NCBI GenBank assembly: GCA_964628745.1
Contig: CAZVOR010000001.1
Coordinates: forward strand, 1-46,105
Length of the DNA: 46,105 nt
Direction of reading: 5' to 3'
Source of the DNA: an uncultured Halobacteriales archaeon
GTDB taxonomy: Archaea > Halobacteriota > Halobacteria > Halobacteriales > Hikarchaeaceae
A program made the position numbers and the translations under genes. Positions 1-8,583 of the stretch are shown piece after piece. The notes below the pieces were generated by a model that ran no database searches, had not been told where the DNA came from, and saw only the letters and a list, made by a program, of their open reading frames with translations. Position 1 is the stretch's first letter. Each line of letters starts with the position of its first letter.

Positions 1-1203
1 GCGGACGCCCCGGCGTCGACGGGCGACGCGCCGGGTGAGGCAGCGGACGGACCGCCGGCGTCGGAGGCCGCCGCCGCGGCGGCCGGGCCGCCGGCGGGCG
101 GACCGCCCGGGGAAGGGGACGACGAGTCCGGGGACCCCTTCTCGCAGGAGGCCGCCTGGCGCGAGGCTCGAACCATCCCCGCGCTCGACCCCGAGGAGAC
201 CGACCGGGTCGACGGCGCGGCGCTCGAGCGAGCCGAAGGTGCGGCCGAACCAGCCGACGTCGCGGCCTCCCAGCCGGCCGAGCCGGCCGCCGAGGCGGCG
301 TCGAACCCGCCCGAAGGGAGCGCCGGGGAGTCGGCGGCGGACGCCCGGCTCTCCGAGCTGGAGCACGCCGTCGAGTCGCAGTCGGCCACCATCGAGGAGC
401 TGCAGGCCGAGCGCAACCGGCTCGAGTCGCAGCTCCAGGCCGCCAGAAGCGGCGGCGACGGGTCGGACGCCGGCCCGACCGGCCAGCCGCTCGACGCCGA
501 GACGGCGCTCGACCAGACGGACCTGTTCGTCCGGTACGGCACCAAGGGCGGCGGCACCCTCGAGAAGGCCCACGACGGCGCCCTCGACCGCGAGGAGGTC
601 GTCGAGAACCTCCGCATCGAGCACCACACGCGGTTCGAGGCCGACGAGGTGAGCGTCGACGGCCGGCCGTTCGAGCCGTTCCTCGCGTCGACCGTCGAGT
701 ACCGCTTCGTCGAGTGGCTCGTGACCCACCTGCTCTTCGAAATACTGGACACCGGCAGCCAGCGCGGCCTGCGCGACCTCTTCGACGCCATCCCGCTCAT
801 CGACCGCGCGGAGTTCCGCGGCTCGGTCACCGTCGACGTCGACGAGGGCGAGGGGCGCGAGGAGACGTTCGACGTAGTCTGCCGGGACCGGATGGGCCAG
901 CCGCTCGTCGTCGCGAACATCAACGACGTCCGGGACCCGGCGACCGGCGAGATGATGACGGGCCTCGTCGATGCGGCCTCCAGCGTGGGGGCAGACCAGG
1001 AGACCCTCGGCGGCGTGTTCATGGTCACCTCGAGCTTCTTCCAGCCCGACGCCCTGGAGACGGCCGCCGAGGCGACCGGCGGCGGGCTGCTGGCCCGGGA
1101 GAAGCGCTGGAGCTACGTGAAGCTCGGCCGGAAGCGGGGCTACCACCTCTGCCTGGTCGAGGCCCGGGGCGACGACTTCCACGTGGCCGTGCCGGAGCTG
1201 TAG
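1..1203 (+). CDS. hypothetical protein, 5'-truncated at the window edge (acidic low-complexity region, coiled-coil stretch, conserved-looking C-terminal domain)
   Basis: Frame 1 is open from base 1 to TAG 1201-1203, with G/C at nearly every third codon position. The track's GTG at 649 is therefore internal. The translation is very acidic (PAEPAAEAASNPPEGSAGES) and has a heptad-like stretch (LSELEHAVESQSATIEELQAERNRLESQLQ). No family recognised by eye. Confidence 0.7.
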   Translation, partial: ADAPASTGDAPGEAADGPPASEAAAAAAGPPAGGPPGEGDDESGDPFSQEAAWREARTIPALDPEETDRVDGAALERAEGAAEPADVAASQPAEPAAEAASNPPEGSAGESAADARLSELEHAVESQSATIEELQAERNRLESQLQAARSGGDGSDAGPTGQPLDAETALDQTDLFVRYGTKGGGTLEKAHDGALDREEVVENLRIEHHTRFEADEVSVDGRPFEPFLASTVEYRFVEWLVTHLLFEILDTGSQRGLRDLFDAIPLIDRAEFRGSVTVDVDEGEGREETFDVVCRDRMGQPLVVANINDVRDPATGEMMTGLVDAASSVGADQETLGGVFMVTSSFFQPDALETAAEATGGGLLAREKRWSYVKLGRKRGYHLCLVEARGDDFHVAVPEL

Positions 1204-1309
1204 CCGGTCGGCGCCGCCCGGTCCGCCACGCTGGCGAGCGCCGTCGATAGACCGCCGCCGTGCGGAGAGCGAGCTAGAGAACGAGCGACGGGAACCGCGA
1301 CGACCGACC

Positions 1310-1612
1310 CTACGCCTGGGCCTCGAGGTCCTCGATCTTCATCGACTGCAGCTTCGCGACGATCTCGTCGACCTTGCCGTCGAGGTCGTCGATGAACGAC
1401 TGGGTGTGCTCGGTGGTGACCGCCCCCTGGCTGGAGGGCTCGATGAGGGACTCCTCCTCGAGCACGCGCAGCGAGTAACGCACCTTGTGGTGGGGGTAGC
1501 CGGTCTCGTTGGACATCTTCACGATGCCGATGGGCTCGTTCTCGATCACCATGCGGAGCACCTGCAGGTGGCGCTCCAGCATGTCGACTTCCTTCTCGAG
1601 GCGGTCTATCAT
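1310..1612 (-). CDS. small winged-helix transcriptional regulator (about 100 aa, archaeal type)
   Basis: The plausible part of the 185-aa track ORF starts at ATG 1612 (MIDRLEKEVDMLERHLQVLRMVIENEPIGIVKMSNETGYPHHKVRYSLRVLEEESLIEPS). The upstream part of the ORF is Pro/Ser/Ala-rich junk. A TATA-like box lies 29 nt upstream. Confidence 0.75.
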   Translation of the reverse strand: MIDRLEKEVDMLERHLQVLRMVIENEPIGIVKMSNETGYPHHKVRYSLRVLEEESLIEPSSQGAVTTEHTQSFIDDLDGKVDEIVAKLQSMKIEDLEAQA

Positions 1613-1637
1613 GATATGTGTTAACTTGCGATGGGCC

Positions 1638-1645
1638 CTTTTAAG
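1638..1645 (-). promoter_or_regulatory. TATA-like box (CTTAAAAG on the minus strand) for the 1310-1612 regulator; implies a leaderless mRNA
   Basis: AT-rich octamer in a 70% GC background, centred about 29 nt upstream of ATG 1612. Confidence 0.45.
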
Positions 1646-1814
1646 CGTTGCCCTCGGCGCGGCCGAAAGCGGGGCCCGCACGGCCGCTGACCCGGCCCAC
1701 GAGCCGCTGACAGCCGCCGAAACGGGACGGGCGTGACGTGGCGCCGCGGAGAAACCACGGGACGACCCCGATACCGTAATGGGTTTAGCGGGAGGTGACA
1801 AACCCCGAGCCGGA

Positions 1815-3131
1815 ATGACCGTCACCATCGTCGGCACCCAGCTGGGCGACGAGGGCAAGGGCGGCATCGTCGACCTGTTCGCCGACGACGCCGACGTGGT
1901 CGCCCGCTACCAGGGCGGCGACAACGCCGGACACACGGTCGTCGCCGGCGGGGACGAGTACGCGCTGTCGCTGGTGCCGAGCGGGGCCGTCCGCGGGCGC
2001 GTCGGCGTGCTCGGGAACGGCTGCGTGGTGAACCCGCGGACGCTCTTCGAGGAGATCGACGGGCTGCGCGAGCGCGGCCTCGACCCTGACGTCCGGGTCG
2101 CCCAGCGGGCGCACGTCATCCTCCCGTACCACCGCGTGCTCGACGGCGCCGAGGAGACCGCCAAGCAGGACTCGTCGCTCGACGCCGGCACGACGGGACG
2201 CGGCATCGGGCCGACGTACGAGGACAAGGTCGGCCGCCGGGGCGTCCGCGTCGGCGATCTCCTCGACCCCGCGGTGCTCCGCGACCGGCTCGAGTACGTG
2301 GTCCCCCGCAAGCGGGCGCTGGCCGACGCGGCGTTCGGCGTCGAGCCCGACGAGGCGTTCGACGTCGACGCCCTCTTCGAGGAGTACCGCGGCTACGGCG
2401 AGCGGCTGGCCGACGAGGACATGGCGGTAGACTGCGGGGCGTTCCTCGCCGACCGGCTGGCCGCCGGCGACCGCGTCCTCCTCGAGGGCGCCCAGGGGAC
2501 CGCCATCGACATCGACCACGGCATCTACCCCTACGTCACCTCCTCGAACCCGACTGCCGGCTTCGCCGCCACCGGCACCGGCCTCGGCCCCACCGTCGTC
2601 GGGCGGGGCGAGGTCGTCGGGGTCGTCAAGGCCTACCTCTCGCGGGTCGGCACCGGGCCGCTCCCGACGGAGCTCGACGGGCCGCTGGCGGCGGAGATAC
2701 GCGAGCGCGGCGGCGAGTTCGGCACGGTCACCGGCCGACCGCGGCGCATCGGCTGGCTCGACGTGCCGATGCTCCGGCACGCCGCCCGCGCGAACGGCCT
2801 CACCGCGCTGGCCGTCAACCACCTCGACGTCCTCGCCGGGCTCGAGGAGGTCCGGGCGGCCCATGCCTACGAGCTCGACGGCGAGCAGCGCCTGACCGTC
2901 CCGCCGACCACCGAGCGCTGGGGGGACTGCGAGCCCGTCTACCGGACCTTCGACGGCTGGCCCGAGGCGGACTGGCGGTCGGTCGCCGAGTCGGGCTACG
3001 ACGCGCTCCCCGGGGCGGCCCGGGCGTACCTCGAGTACCTCGTCGGCGAGCTCGGCGCCGAACTGGTGGCCGTCGGCGTCGGCCCGAACCGCGCCGAGAC
3101 CGTCGTCCTCGAGGCACCGTTCGACCGGTAA
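1815..3131 (+). CDS. purA: adenylosuccinate synthetase
   Basis: MTVTIVGTQLGDEGKGGIVD N-terminal GTP-binding loop, GDNAGHTV, TTGRGIGPTYEDK, and GTVTGRPRRIGWLD near the C-terminus. I prefer ATG 1815 over the track start at 1779. Confidence 0.95.
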   Translation: MTVTIVGTQLGDEGKGGIVDLFADDADVVARYQGGDNAGHTVVAGGDEYALSLVPSGAVRGRVGVLGNGCVVNPRTLFEEIDGLRERGLDPDVRVAQRAHVILPYHRVLDGAEETAKQDSSLDAGTTGRGIGPTYEDKVGRRGVRVGDLLDPAVLRDRLEYVVPRKRALADAAFGVEPDEAFDVDALFEEYRGYGERLADEDMAVDCGAFLADRLAAGDRVLLEGAQGTAIDIDHGIYPYVTSSNPTAGFAATGTGLGPTVVGRGEVVGVVKAYLSRVGTGPLPTELDGPLAAEIRERGGEFGTVTGRPRRIGWLDVPMLRHAARANGLTALAVNHLDVLAGLEEVRAAHAYELDGEQRLTVPPTTERWGDCEPVYRTFDGWPEADWRSVAESGYDALPGAARAYLEYLVGELGAELVAVGVGPNRAETVVLEAPFDR

Positions 3132-3172
3132 CGGGCGTCCGGCGTCCCGAGCCGGGGCCCCGCACCCGGCAC

Positions 3173-3180
3173 GCTTTTGG
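3173..3180 (+). promoter_or_regulatory. TATA-like box (GCTTTTGG) for the Trm112-family gene
   Basis: Centred about 27 nt upstream of ATG 3204. The T4 run could also terminate purA. Confidence 0.35.
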
Positions 3181-3203
3181 CGCGGCTGCCCGTCCGACCG
3201 GGC

Positions 3204-3404
3204 ATGAAGCGGGACCTCATGGACATCCTCGTCTGCCCGCTCGACAAGCGGGAGCTCGAGCTCGAGGCCGACGAGGTCGACGACGATGACGACGAGATCC
3301 TCGAGGGGCGGCTGACCTGCACCGAGTGCGGCGAGGTCTACCCCATCGAGGACGGCATCCCGAACCTGCTGCCTCCCGACATGCGGGAGTCAGCGTCCTC
3401 CTGA
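3204..3404 (+). CDS. Trm112-family small zinc-ribbon protein (methyltransferase activator type)
   Basis: MKRDLMDILVCPLDK ... LTCTECGEVYPIEDGIPNLLPPD is the typical Trm112/UPF0434 architecture. An acidic insert (EADEVDDDDDE) fits a halophile. ATG 3204 fits the TATA spacing better than 3177. Confidence 0.85.
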   Translation: MKRDLMDILVCPLDKRELELEADEVDDDDDEILEGRLTCTECGEVYPIEDGIPNLLPPDMRESASS

Positions 3405-3581
3405 CGGGTCCACGACCCGTCTCCGCGTCGCTCCACCGACCGATCGCTGCTCCACCGTTACGCCCGTCTCCTCGTCCGGCACGGTCTTCCCCCGCCGACG
3501 CCAGCCGCCCGTGTCCGGGCCCCAGACCGGCCGTCGACCCGAGCCTGAACCTTTTTGTCGGGGCTACACGTCTCTCCGCGC

Positions 3582-4133
3582 GTGACGGACGACCTGGTGG
3601 TCCACCTCAACCGCGACGGCCCGCACTCGATAGCGGTCGAGCCGCGGGCCTTCGAGGCCGACGGGTCGTTCGACGTCGTCCTGCGGAACCACGGGACCGC
3701 CCTCCACGTCCACCTGCACCTCGACGACGAGCTCTCCCGGCAAGCCACGCTCGCCAACGCGAACCACTACGTCGACGAGGAGGCCGTCCGCCGGGTCCGC
3801 GTCACCGTCGAGGGACCCATCGAGTCCGCCGAGGGGCGGCTGAAGCTCGTGACCGGCTACGGCTCCCGGACGGAGTACGTGACGGTCGAGCTCGACCACC
3901 GGCAGTCGGAGCCCAGCCGGGTCCGCGTCGACGAGTCGCTGGCGTCGCCGCGGGGGGAGCCCCCGCCCGAACCGCTGCTCGACGCCGACGACCTCCCCGT
4001 CGTGGCCATCGGGGGGGTCGCGGTCCTCGTCGCCGTCGTCGCGGCCGTGCTCATCGGCGGCCCGGCCGGGGCGCTCGGGCTGCTCATCGTGGCCGTGGGC
4101 CTGGCCGTCGCCGTCGCCCTGCTCCGAGCGTAG
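3582..4133 (+). CDS. hypothetical membrane-anchored protein (soluble N-terminal domain, two C-terminal TM helices)
   Basis: Acidic domain followed by VVAIGGVAVLVAVVAAVLIGG and LGLLIVAVGLAVAVALL. The track start at 3555 is a TTG inside a TATA-like ACCTTTTTG (3549-3557). In-frame GTG 3582 lies 28 nt downstream of that box. Confidence 0.6.
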   Translation: MTDDLVVHLNRDGPHSIAVEPRAFEADGSFDVVLRNHGTALHVHLHLDDELSRQATLANANHYVDEEAVRRVRVTVEGPIESAEGRLKLVTGYGSRTEYVTVELDHRQSEPSRVRVDESLASPRGEPPPEPLLDADDLPVVAIGGVAVLVAVVAAVLIGGPAGALGLLIVAVGLAVAVALLRA

Positions 4134-4175
4134 GGAGGCGGGGTCCCGCCCCGGGGCGGCGGGCTCGGCCTCCGG

Positions 4176-5243
4176 TTACTCGGCGATGGCGTCGAACGCG
4201 TCGACGTTGGCGTCCATTTCGGCGCCGTTGCTCGTGACGTAGGGCACCGTCCGCTCGTGGTGCGAGCCGTGCGAGCGGAGGTCGACCTCGGCGTGCGTGC
4301 CCTCCTCGAGCGGCCCGAACGCCGAGCGCGGGGTGCCGAGCAGCATGAGGTCGCCGACGCGGTCGGCCGGGAGCCGGAAGCGCTCGCAGGCCGCCTCCCG
4401 GGAGAGGACGAGGTCGACGCCCTCGACCGACTCGAGGTGGTCGGCGGCGGCGTCGGGGCTCCCGTCGTGGACGTAGACGTACGCCGCCCCGCCGAGGTTC
4501 TGGTGGTGGTAGACGTGCTTGTCGCGGATGAGCCGGATGACGGTGGCGTCGATGCCGGCCTCCCCCAGGCTCCGCTCGACGTCGACGGCCAGGGTCTTCC
4601 GGGCCATGCCGTGGTCCGCGGTGACCGCGACCGCGGTCGCGCGCTCGGCGACGGCGGCGATGCCGTCGTCCATGGCGGCCACCCACCGGCGGGCGGGCTC
4701 CTCCTCGGGGCCGTGCTTGTGCGGGACGACGTCCGTCGTCGAGACGTACAGCCAGTCCAGGTCCCGGGCCTCGAGCACGTGCACCGCGGCGTCCATCATC
4801 CACGGGCTCGCGTCGCCGGAGTAGATGTCCGGCGCGGGCCCGACGGCGTCCTCGAGCCAGGCCGGGGCGTCCTCGGCGCTCTCGGAGACGTCGCAGCCCC
4901 GGCCGACCATCCGACGGAGCTTGTCCTTGACGACGAGCGAGCCGACCGTATCGCCGGCGTCGGCGGCCGTCTCCAGCCGCGTCGGGGCGCGGAGGAACGA
5001 CGGGTCCTCCATGTAGACCCGCTCGTCGGCCTCGCGGTCGTAGTAGGTGTTGGCGGTGATGCCGTGCTCGGCCGGGAAGGCCCCCGTGACGATGCTCACG
5101 TTGTTGACGTTGGTGACGCTGGGAACGACGCCCTCGCATTCGCCCGCCGCGCCAGACGCGGCGATGGCATCCCAGCCCGGCGTCTCGGCGGCGGCGAGGT
5201 ACGCCGGTTCGAGGCCGTCGACGCAGATGACGACGCGGGTCAT
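4176..5243 (-). CDS. alkaline-phosphatase superfamily protein, nucleotide pyrophosphatase/phosphodiesterase type (phosphonoacetate-hydrolase-like)
   Basis: MTRVVICVDGLEPAYL (metal-binding Asp), VVPSVTNVNNVSIVTG (nucleophile Thr loop), TADHGM and LRSHGSHHE metal ligands. ATG 5243; the upstream 82 codons of the track ORF are Arg-rich junk. Confidence 0.85.
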   Translation of the reverse strand: MTRVVICVDGLEPAYLAAAETPGWDAIAASGAAGECEGVVPSVTNVNNVSIVTGAFPAEHGITANTYYDREADERVYMEDPSFLRAPTRLETAADAGDTVGSLVVKDKLRRMVGRGCDVSESAEDAPAWLEDAVGPAPDIYSGDASPWMMDAAVHVLEARDLDWLYVSTTDVVPHKHGPEEEPARRWVAAMDDGIAAVAERATAVAVTADHGMARKTLAVDVERSLGEAGIDATVIRLIRDKHVYHHQNLGGAAYVYVHDGSPDAAADHLESVEGVDLVLSREAACERFRLPADRVGDLMLLGTPRSAFGPLEEGTHAEVDLRSHGSHHERTVPYVTSNGAEMDANVDAFDAIAE

Positions 5244-5364
5244 GCTCGCCGTTTGCGAACCCCGCGTATGAAGCTTCCCGTTCCCGGTCGCGTGCCCCGT
5301 CGCGCCGACCTCCGTTCGACGGCCCGCGCGGCGGCGCCCCCGACAGGCTCGCCGGAGTCGGGAG

Positions 5365-5371
5365 CTATATG
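5365..5371 (+). promoter_or_regulatory. TATA-like box (CTATATG) for MmgE/PrpD-1
   Basis: Centred 27 nt upstream of ATG 5395. Confidence 0.4.
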
Positions 5372-5394
5372 TCCGGCCACGGACTCGCGGCCAC

Positions 5395-6750
5395 ATGGAA
5401 GCGACCGAGCGGCTCGCGGCGTTCGTGGTCGAGGCGGACCTGGACGACGTGCCAGATGCGGCCCGGACCCACGCGCGGCGGGCCGTCAAGGACTACCTCG
5501 GGGTGGCGCTGTTCGGCTCGACCCACGCCGTCGGCGAGCGGCTGGCGCGGTACGTCGAGCGATTCGAGCCGGGCGACGGCGCGACGCTGCTCGGCGGGGG
5601 GACGGCGAGCCCGACCGGCGCGGCGCTGGCCAACGGCGGGTTCGGGCACGCCGTCGACTACGACGACACCTTCGAATCCATCGTCATCCACCCCACGTCC
5701 CCGGTCTTCCCGGCCGCCCTGGCCGCCGCCGAGCACGCCGACGGCTCGGGCCGGGACGTCCTCTCCGCGTACATGCTCGGCGCCGAGGCGGCCTATCGCG
5801 TCGGCCACGCGACCTACCCGGCCCACTACGACCAGGGCTTTCACGCCACGGGGACGGTCGGCACGTTCGGCGCCGCGGCGGCCGCGGGGTCGGTGCTCGG
5901 CCTCTCGACCGACGAGCTCCGGTGGGCCTTCGGCGTCGCCGCCTCGGCGTCCTCCTCGCTGAAGAAGAACTTCGGGTCGATGACCAAGCCCTACCACGCC
6001 GGGCACGCCGCGCAGGCCGGCCTGCGGGCCGCCCTGCTCGCCGCCGACGGCTTCACCGCCGACCCGGACATCCTCGAGGGGCCCATCGGCTACGGCGCCG
6101 TGATGACACCGGACGGCTCGTACGACCCATCCGAGGTCACCGACGGGCTCGGCGAGACCTGGGCCGTCGAGGACGTCGGATTCAAGCCGTACCCCTCCGG
6201 AGTCATCACGCACGCGGCGATGGAGGCGATGCGCCGGCTCGTCGTCGAGCACGACCTCGAGCCGGCCGATGTCGAGCGCGTCGTGGCGACGCTCGACGAC
6301 GCCGCCTCGGAGATGCTGCACCACGAGCAACCGGCCGACGCGCTGCAGGCGAAGTTCTCCATCGAGTTCTGCCTGGCGGCCGTACTGCGCGAGCGCGACG
6401 TCGGCATCCACGAGTTCACCGACGCGTACGTCGCCGAGCCGGCCACCCGGGAGGCAGTCGCGCTGGTCGAGCGGGCGTTCGAGCCGAACCTCTTCGGCGG
6501 CGAGTTCGCCGGCTACGGCGCGCGGGTGATCGTCGAGACGGTCGACGGCGAGCGGTACGTCGAGGAGGAGCGCCGGGCGCCGGGCGCGCCGTCGAACCCG
6601 CTGCCCGCCGAGCGCTGGGACGCCAAGTACGCCGAGTGCGCGGGGGCCGCCCTGTCGGCGGACGCGGCCGAGCGGGCCGCCGCCGCGGTCGAGTCCCTCG
6701 GGGAGCCGGGCTCGCTCGACTCGCTGCTGTCGGCCGTGCGGACCGGATAG
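5395..6750 (+). CDS. MmgE/PrpD family protein 1 (2-methylcitrate dehydratase superfamily)
   Basis: Length 451 aa. Family landmarks: HAVDYDDT, FHATGTVGTFGAAAAAG, SMTKPYHAGHAAQAG, GFKPYPSG. Confidence 0.9.
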   Translation: MEATERLAAFVVEADLDDVPDAARTHARRAVKDYLGVALFGSTHAVGERLARYVERFEPGDGATLLGGGTASPTGAALANGGFGHAVDYDDTFESIVIHPTSPVFPAALAAAEHADGSGRDVLSAYMLGAEAAYRVGHATYPAHYDQGFHATGTVGTFGAAAAAGSVLGLSTDELRWAFGVAASASSSLKKNFGSMTKPYHAGHAAQAGLRAALLAADGFTADPDILEGPIGYGAVMTPDGSYDPSEVTDGLGETWAVEDVGFKPYPSGVITHAAMEAMRRLVVEHDLEPADVERVVATLDDAASEMLHHEQPADALQAKFSIEFCLAAVLRERDVGIHEFTDAYVAEPATREAVALVERAFEPNLFGGEFAGYGARVIVETVDGERYVEEERRAPGAPSNPLPAERWDAKYAECAGAALSADAAERAAAAVESLGEPGSLDSLLSAVRTG

Positions 6751-6824
6751 GTCGACGGCCGGGCCGGGAGCAATCGCGGCCATCGCTGCGCCGACGTCAA
6801 GCGCCGTCGCTGGGGCGGTGGCGC

Positions 6825-6837
6825 GAAGAAAAACGGG
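6825..6837 (-). terminator. possible oligo-T archaeal terminator downstream of the substrate-binding protein gene
   Basis: The minus strand reads CCCGTTTTTCTTC about 20 nt after the stop at 6853-6855. Confidence 0.35.
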
Positions 6838-6852
6838 TGCGGTGTTGCTGCG

Positions 6853-8421
6853 TTACCGCCGGCCGGCCTGGGCGAGGAGGTCGTTTATCTCCTGAGCCGC
6901 GATGTCGGTGGCCTCCTCGATGGACGTCCCCTCCTGGAGGATGCGCTGGTGCATCCGGAACGGGATGTCGTAGGTGATGGCGCCGGCGGAGGGCACCGCG
7001 GGGATGGAACCCGGCGTGGCCTCGTTGAGGGTGCGCTGGCAGGCGCCGATCCAGAAACGCTCGTGCATCTCCGTCTCGGTGAAGAAGTCGGCTTCGTCCA
7101 GCGCGGCCGGGTCGACTGGGACCCACCCCAGCTCCTGAGCGTTGCCCAGCCCGTTCTCGGGCTCGGCGACCCAGTAGTCGCAGAACTCGACGGCCGCATC
7201 CCTGCGCTCCTGATTCCAGTTGCCGCCTCCCGTGAACATCAGGCAGGGCAGCCACATCAGGCTGGCCACGCGCCCACCCTCGGAAAGGGCGTTGAACGGC
7301 ACGCTCCAGTGGTAGCCCTGATTCTGCATCAGGTCCTCCTGCTCGAGCAGGTAGTCGGCCCACAGGTCGGTGGAGTCCTGGATGTGGTTGCCGGCGTGCC
7401 GGCCACCCCACTGCAGCGTGGTTGACTCCTCGTCGCCGATGTTCAGCGCGTCGGGGTTGTAGTAGCCCTTGTCGATGAACTCGACCTGGTGCTCGATGGC
7501 GCGGCGAGCCTCAGCCGTGTTGACGGTGGCCGCGTCGCCGGTGGCGTTGACGGCACCCGTCAGCGAACCCCCGAACTGCGGGAAGTAGTTGGCTAGGTAC
7601 TCCTCGTCCGAGCGCTTCATCCCCGTGCAGTCGGGGTAATTGCCGTCCTCCTGTCCCATCGACGAGTCTTGCAGCGCCTGGTAGAGCGCCTGGAGGTCGA
7701 CGGCCGGATCGCCCGAGCCCTCGTAGTAACCCTTCGACTCCGCCCCTGCGTTGCCATTGACGATGTCGGTGCTGAGACCGGCGTCCTCGATCCAGTCCGT
7801 CCGCCACGTCGGGAAGAACGGTCGGAGGCCAAGTGGCCAGGTCACGAGGTTGCCCTCCTCGCCTGTCGACTGTGCCCCCCACGTCCGGTGGAAGTCCATG
7901 ACCTTCTCGGACACGGCGTCCGCAGAGGCTGAGCCCTCGAACAGGTCGGTGATGTCCTGCCCGCCGCCCCCGGCCATCAGCTCGGGGTGCGTCATGACCT
8001 CGACCATGTGCGGGACGTTGTTCGCGGCCTGGGCGGCGCGGAACTCCCGCGGCGCGTCGACGTACGGGACGCCCCTGACGCTGACGTCGATGTTCAGCTC
8101 GGAGTTGACCTGCTCGAGGAACTGGTCGGTGTACTCGCGCTTGTTCTCCCCCTCGGTGTAGTAGGACAGCCAGATGCGGAGCTCGACCGGCCCGGCGCCG
8201 CCGGTCGAGCCGCCGCCGGTGTCCCCGCCGGTATCCCCGCCGCCGGTGTCGCCGCCACCGGTGTCGCCGCCGCCGGTGTCGCCACCATCATCACCCGGCC
8301 CGCCGGTACAGCCGGCGAGTCCGGTCGTCGTCAACACTGCGCCAGCGCCGGTGGCCTTCAGGAAGTTGCGGCGGCCGACCGGGCTGGTTCGCTTGGAACT
8401 GGACTCCTCATTCGGTGCCAT
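6853..8421 (-). CDS. ABC transporter substrate-binding lipoprotein, family-1 (CUT1 carbohydrate-type), Tat-exported
   Basis: Twin-arginine motif RRNFLKATGAGAVL followed by lipobox LAGC. A Gly/Asp/Thr linker follows, then about 450 aa of a solute-binding fold rich in W, Y and D. Confidence 0.9.
   Translation of the reverse strand: MAPNEESSSKRTSPVGRRNFLKATGAGAVLTTTGLAGCTGGPGDDGGDTGGGDTGGGDTGGGDTGGDTGGGSTGGAGPVELRIWLSYYTEGENKREYTDQFLEQVNSELNIDVSVRGVPYVDAPREFRAAQAANNVPHMVEVMTHPELMAGGGGQDITDLFEGSASADAVSEKVMDFHRTWGAQSTGEEGNLVTWPLGLRPFFPTWRTDWIEDAGLSTDIVNGNAGAESKGYYEGSGDPAVDLQALYQALQDSSMGQEDGNYPDCTGMKRSDEEYLANYFPQFGGSLTGAVNATGDAATVNTAEARRAIEHQVEFIDKGYYNPDALNIGDEESTTLQWGGRHAGNHIQDSTDLWADYLLEQEDLMQNQGYHWSVPFNALSEGGRVASLMWLPCLMFTGGGNWNQERRDAAVEFCDYWVAEPENGLGNAQELGWVPVDPAALDEADFFTETEMHERFWIGACQRTLNEATPGSIPAVPSAGAITYDIPFRMHQRILQEGTSIEEATDIAAQEINDLLAQAGRR
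8216..8287 (-). repeat. in-frame tandem repeat (one 12-nt unit, then four 15-nt units) encoding the GGDT linker of the binding protein
   Basis: CCGGTGTCCCCG / CCGGTATCCCCGCCG / CCGGTGTCGCCGCCA / CCGGTGTCGCCGCCG / CCGGTGTCGCCACCA on the plus strand. This translates to DGGDTGGGDTGGGDTGGGDTGGDTGG just after the lipobox. Confidence 0.85.
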
Positions 8422-8457
8422 TGGTTAGCAACCCGGTTGGTGATGTGGACCGCTCTG

Positions 8458-8465
8458 TAATAAAT
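8458..8465 (-). promoter_or_regulatory. TATA box (ATTTATTA on the minus strand) for the binding-protein gene
   Basis: About 40 nt upstream of ATG 8421, implying a short leader. The same ATTTATTA octamer occurs in the ABC operon promoter at 13847-13854. Confidence 0.45.
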
Positions 8466-8583
8466 GTTGTTGGCGAAGTTTCGGGAGAGGGAAGCGATTT
8501 CGGCGGACCCTCGGCCGCGGTCGCGTCAGCCACGGCTCCCGGGCTGACACGAGCCGTCTCCCCAATCCAGGACGGCCGTCGGT

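Noticed and set aside
4134-4173. GC-rich hairpins between convergent genes (GGAGGC...GCCTCC at 4134-4173; TGGGCG-tcacc-CGCCCA near 18122-18140) as intrinsic terminators.
   Set aside because: Short GC palindromes are expected by chance at this GC content. Archaeal termination relies mainly on oligo-T tracts, which are absent here. I kept these only as a note.
4257-6977. A 906-aa plus-strand ORF, plus similar very long ORFs: 35-652 (+), 13847-16051 (-), 23778-26210 (-), 24032-26152 (+), 35656-38991 (-), 39015-41066 (-), 43154-45082 (-).
   Set aside because: The translations are Arg/Pro/Gly/Ala-rich low-complexity strings. They overlap, out of frame or antisense, genes with clear family signatures and proper third-position GC bias. 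These are typical stop-codon-poor artefacts of about 70% GC DNA.
8216-8287. Short tandem repeats that could superficially suggest a repeat array or CRISPR-like structure.
   Set aside because: The units are 12-15 nt, contiguous with no spacers, and in frame inside the binding-protein gene, where they encode a GGDT linker. This is not a CRISPR array.
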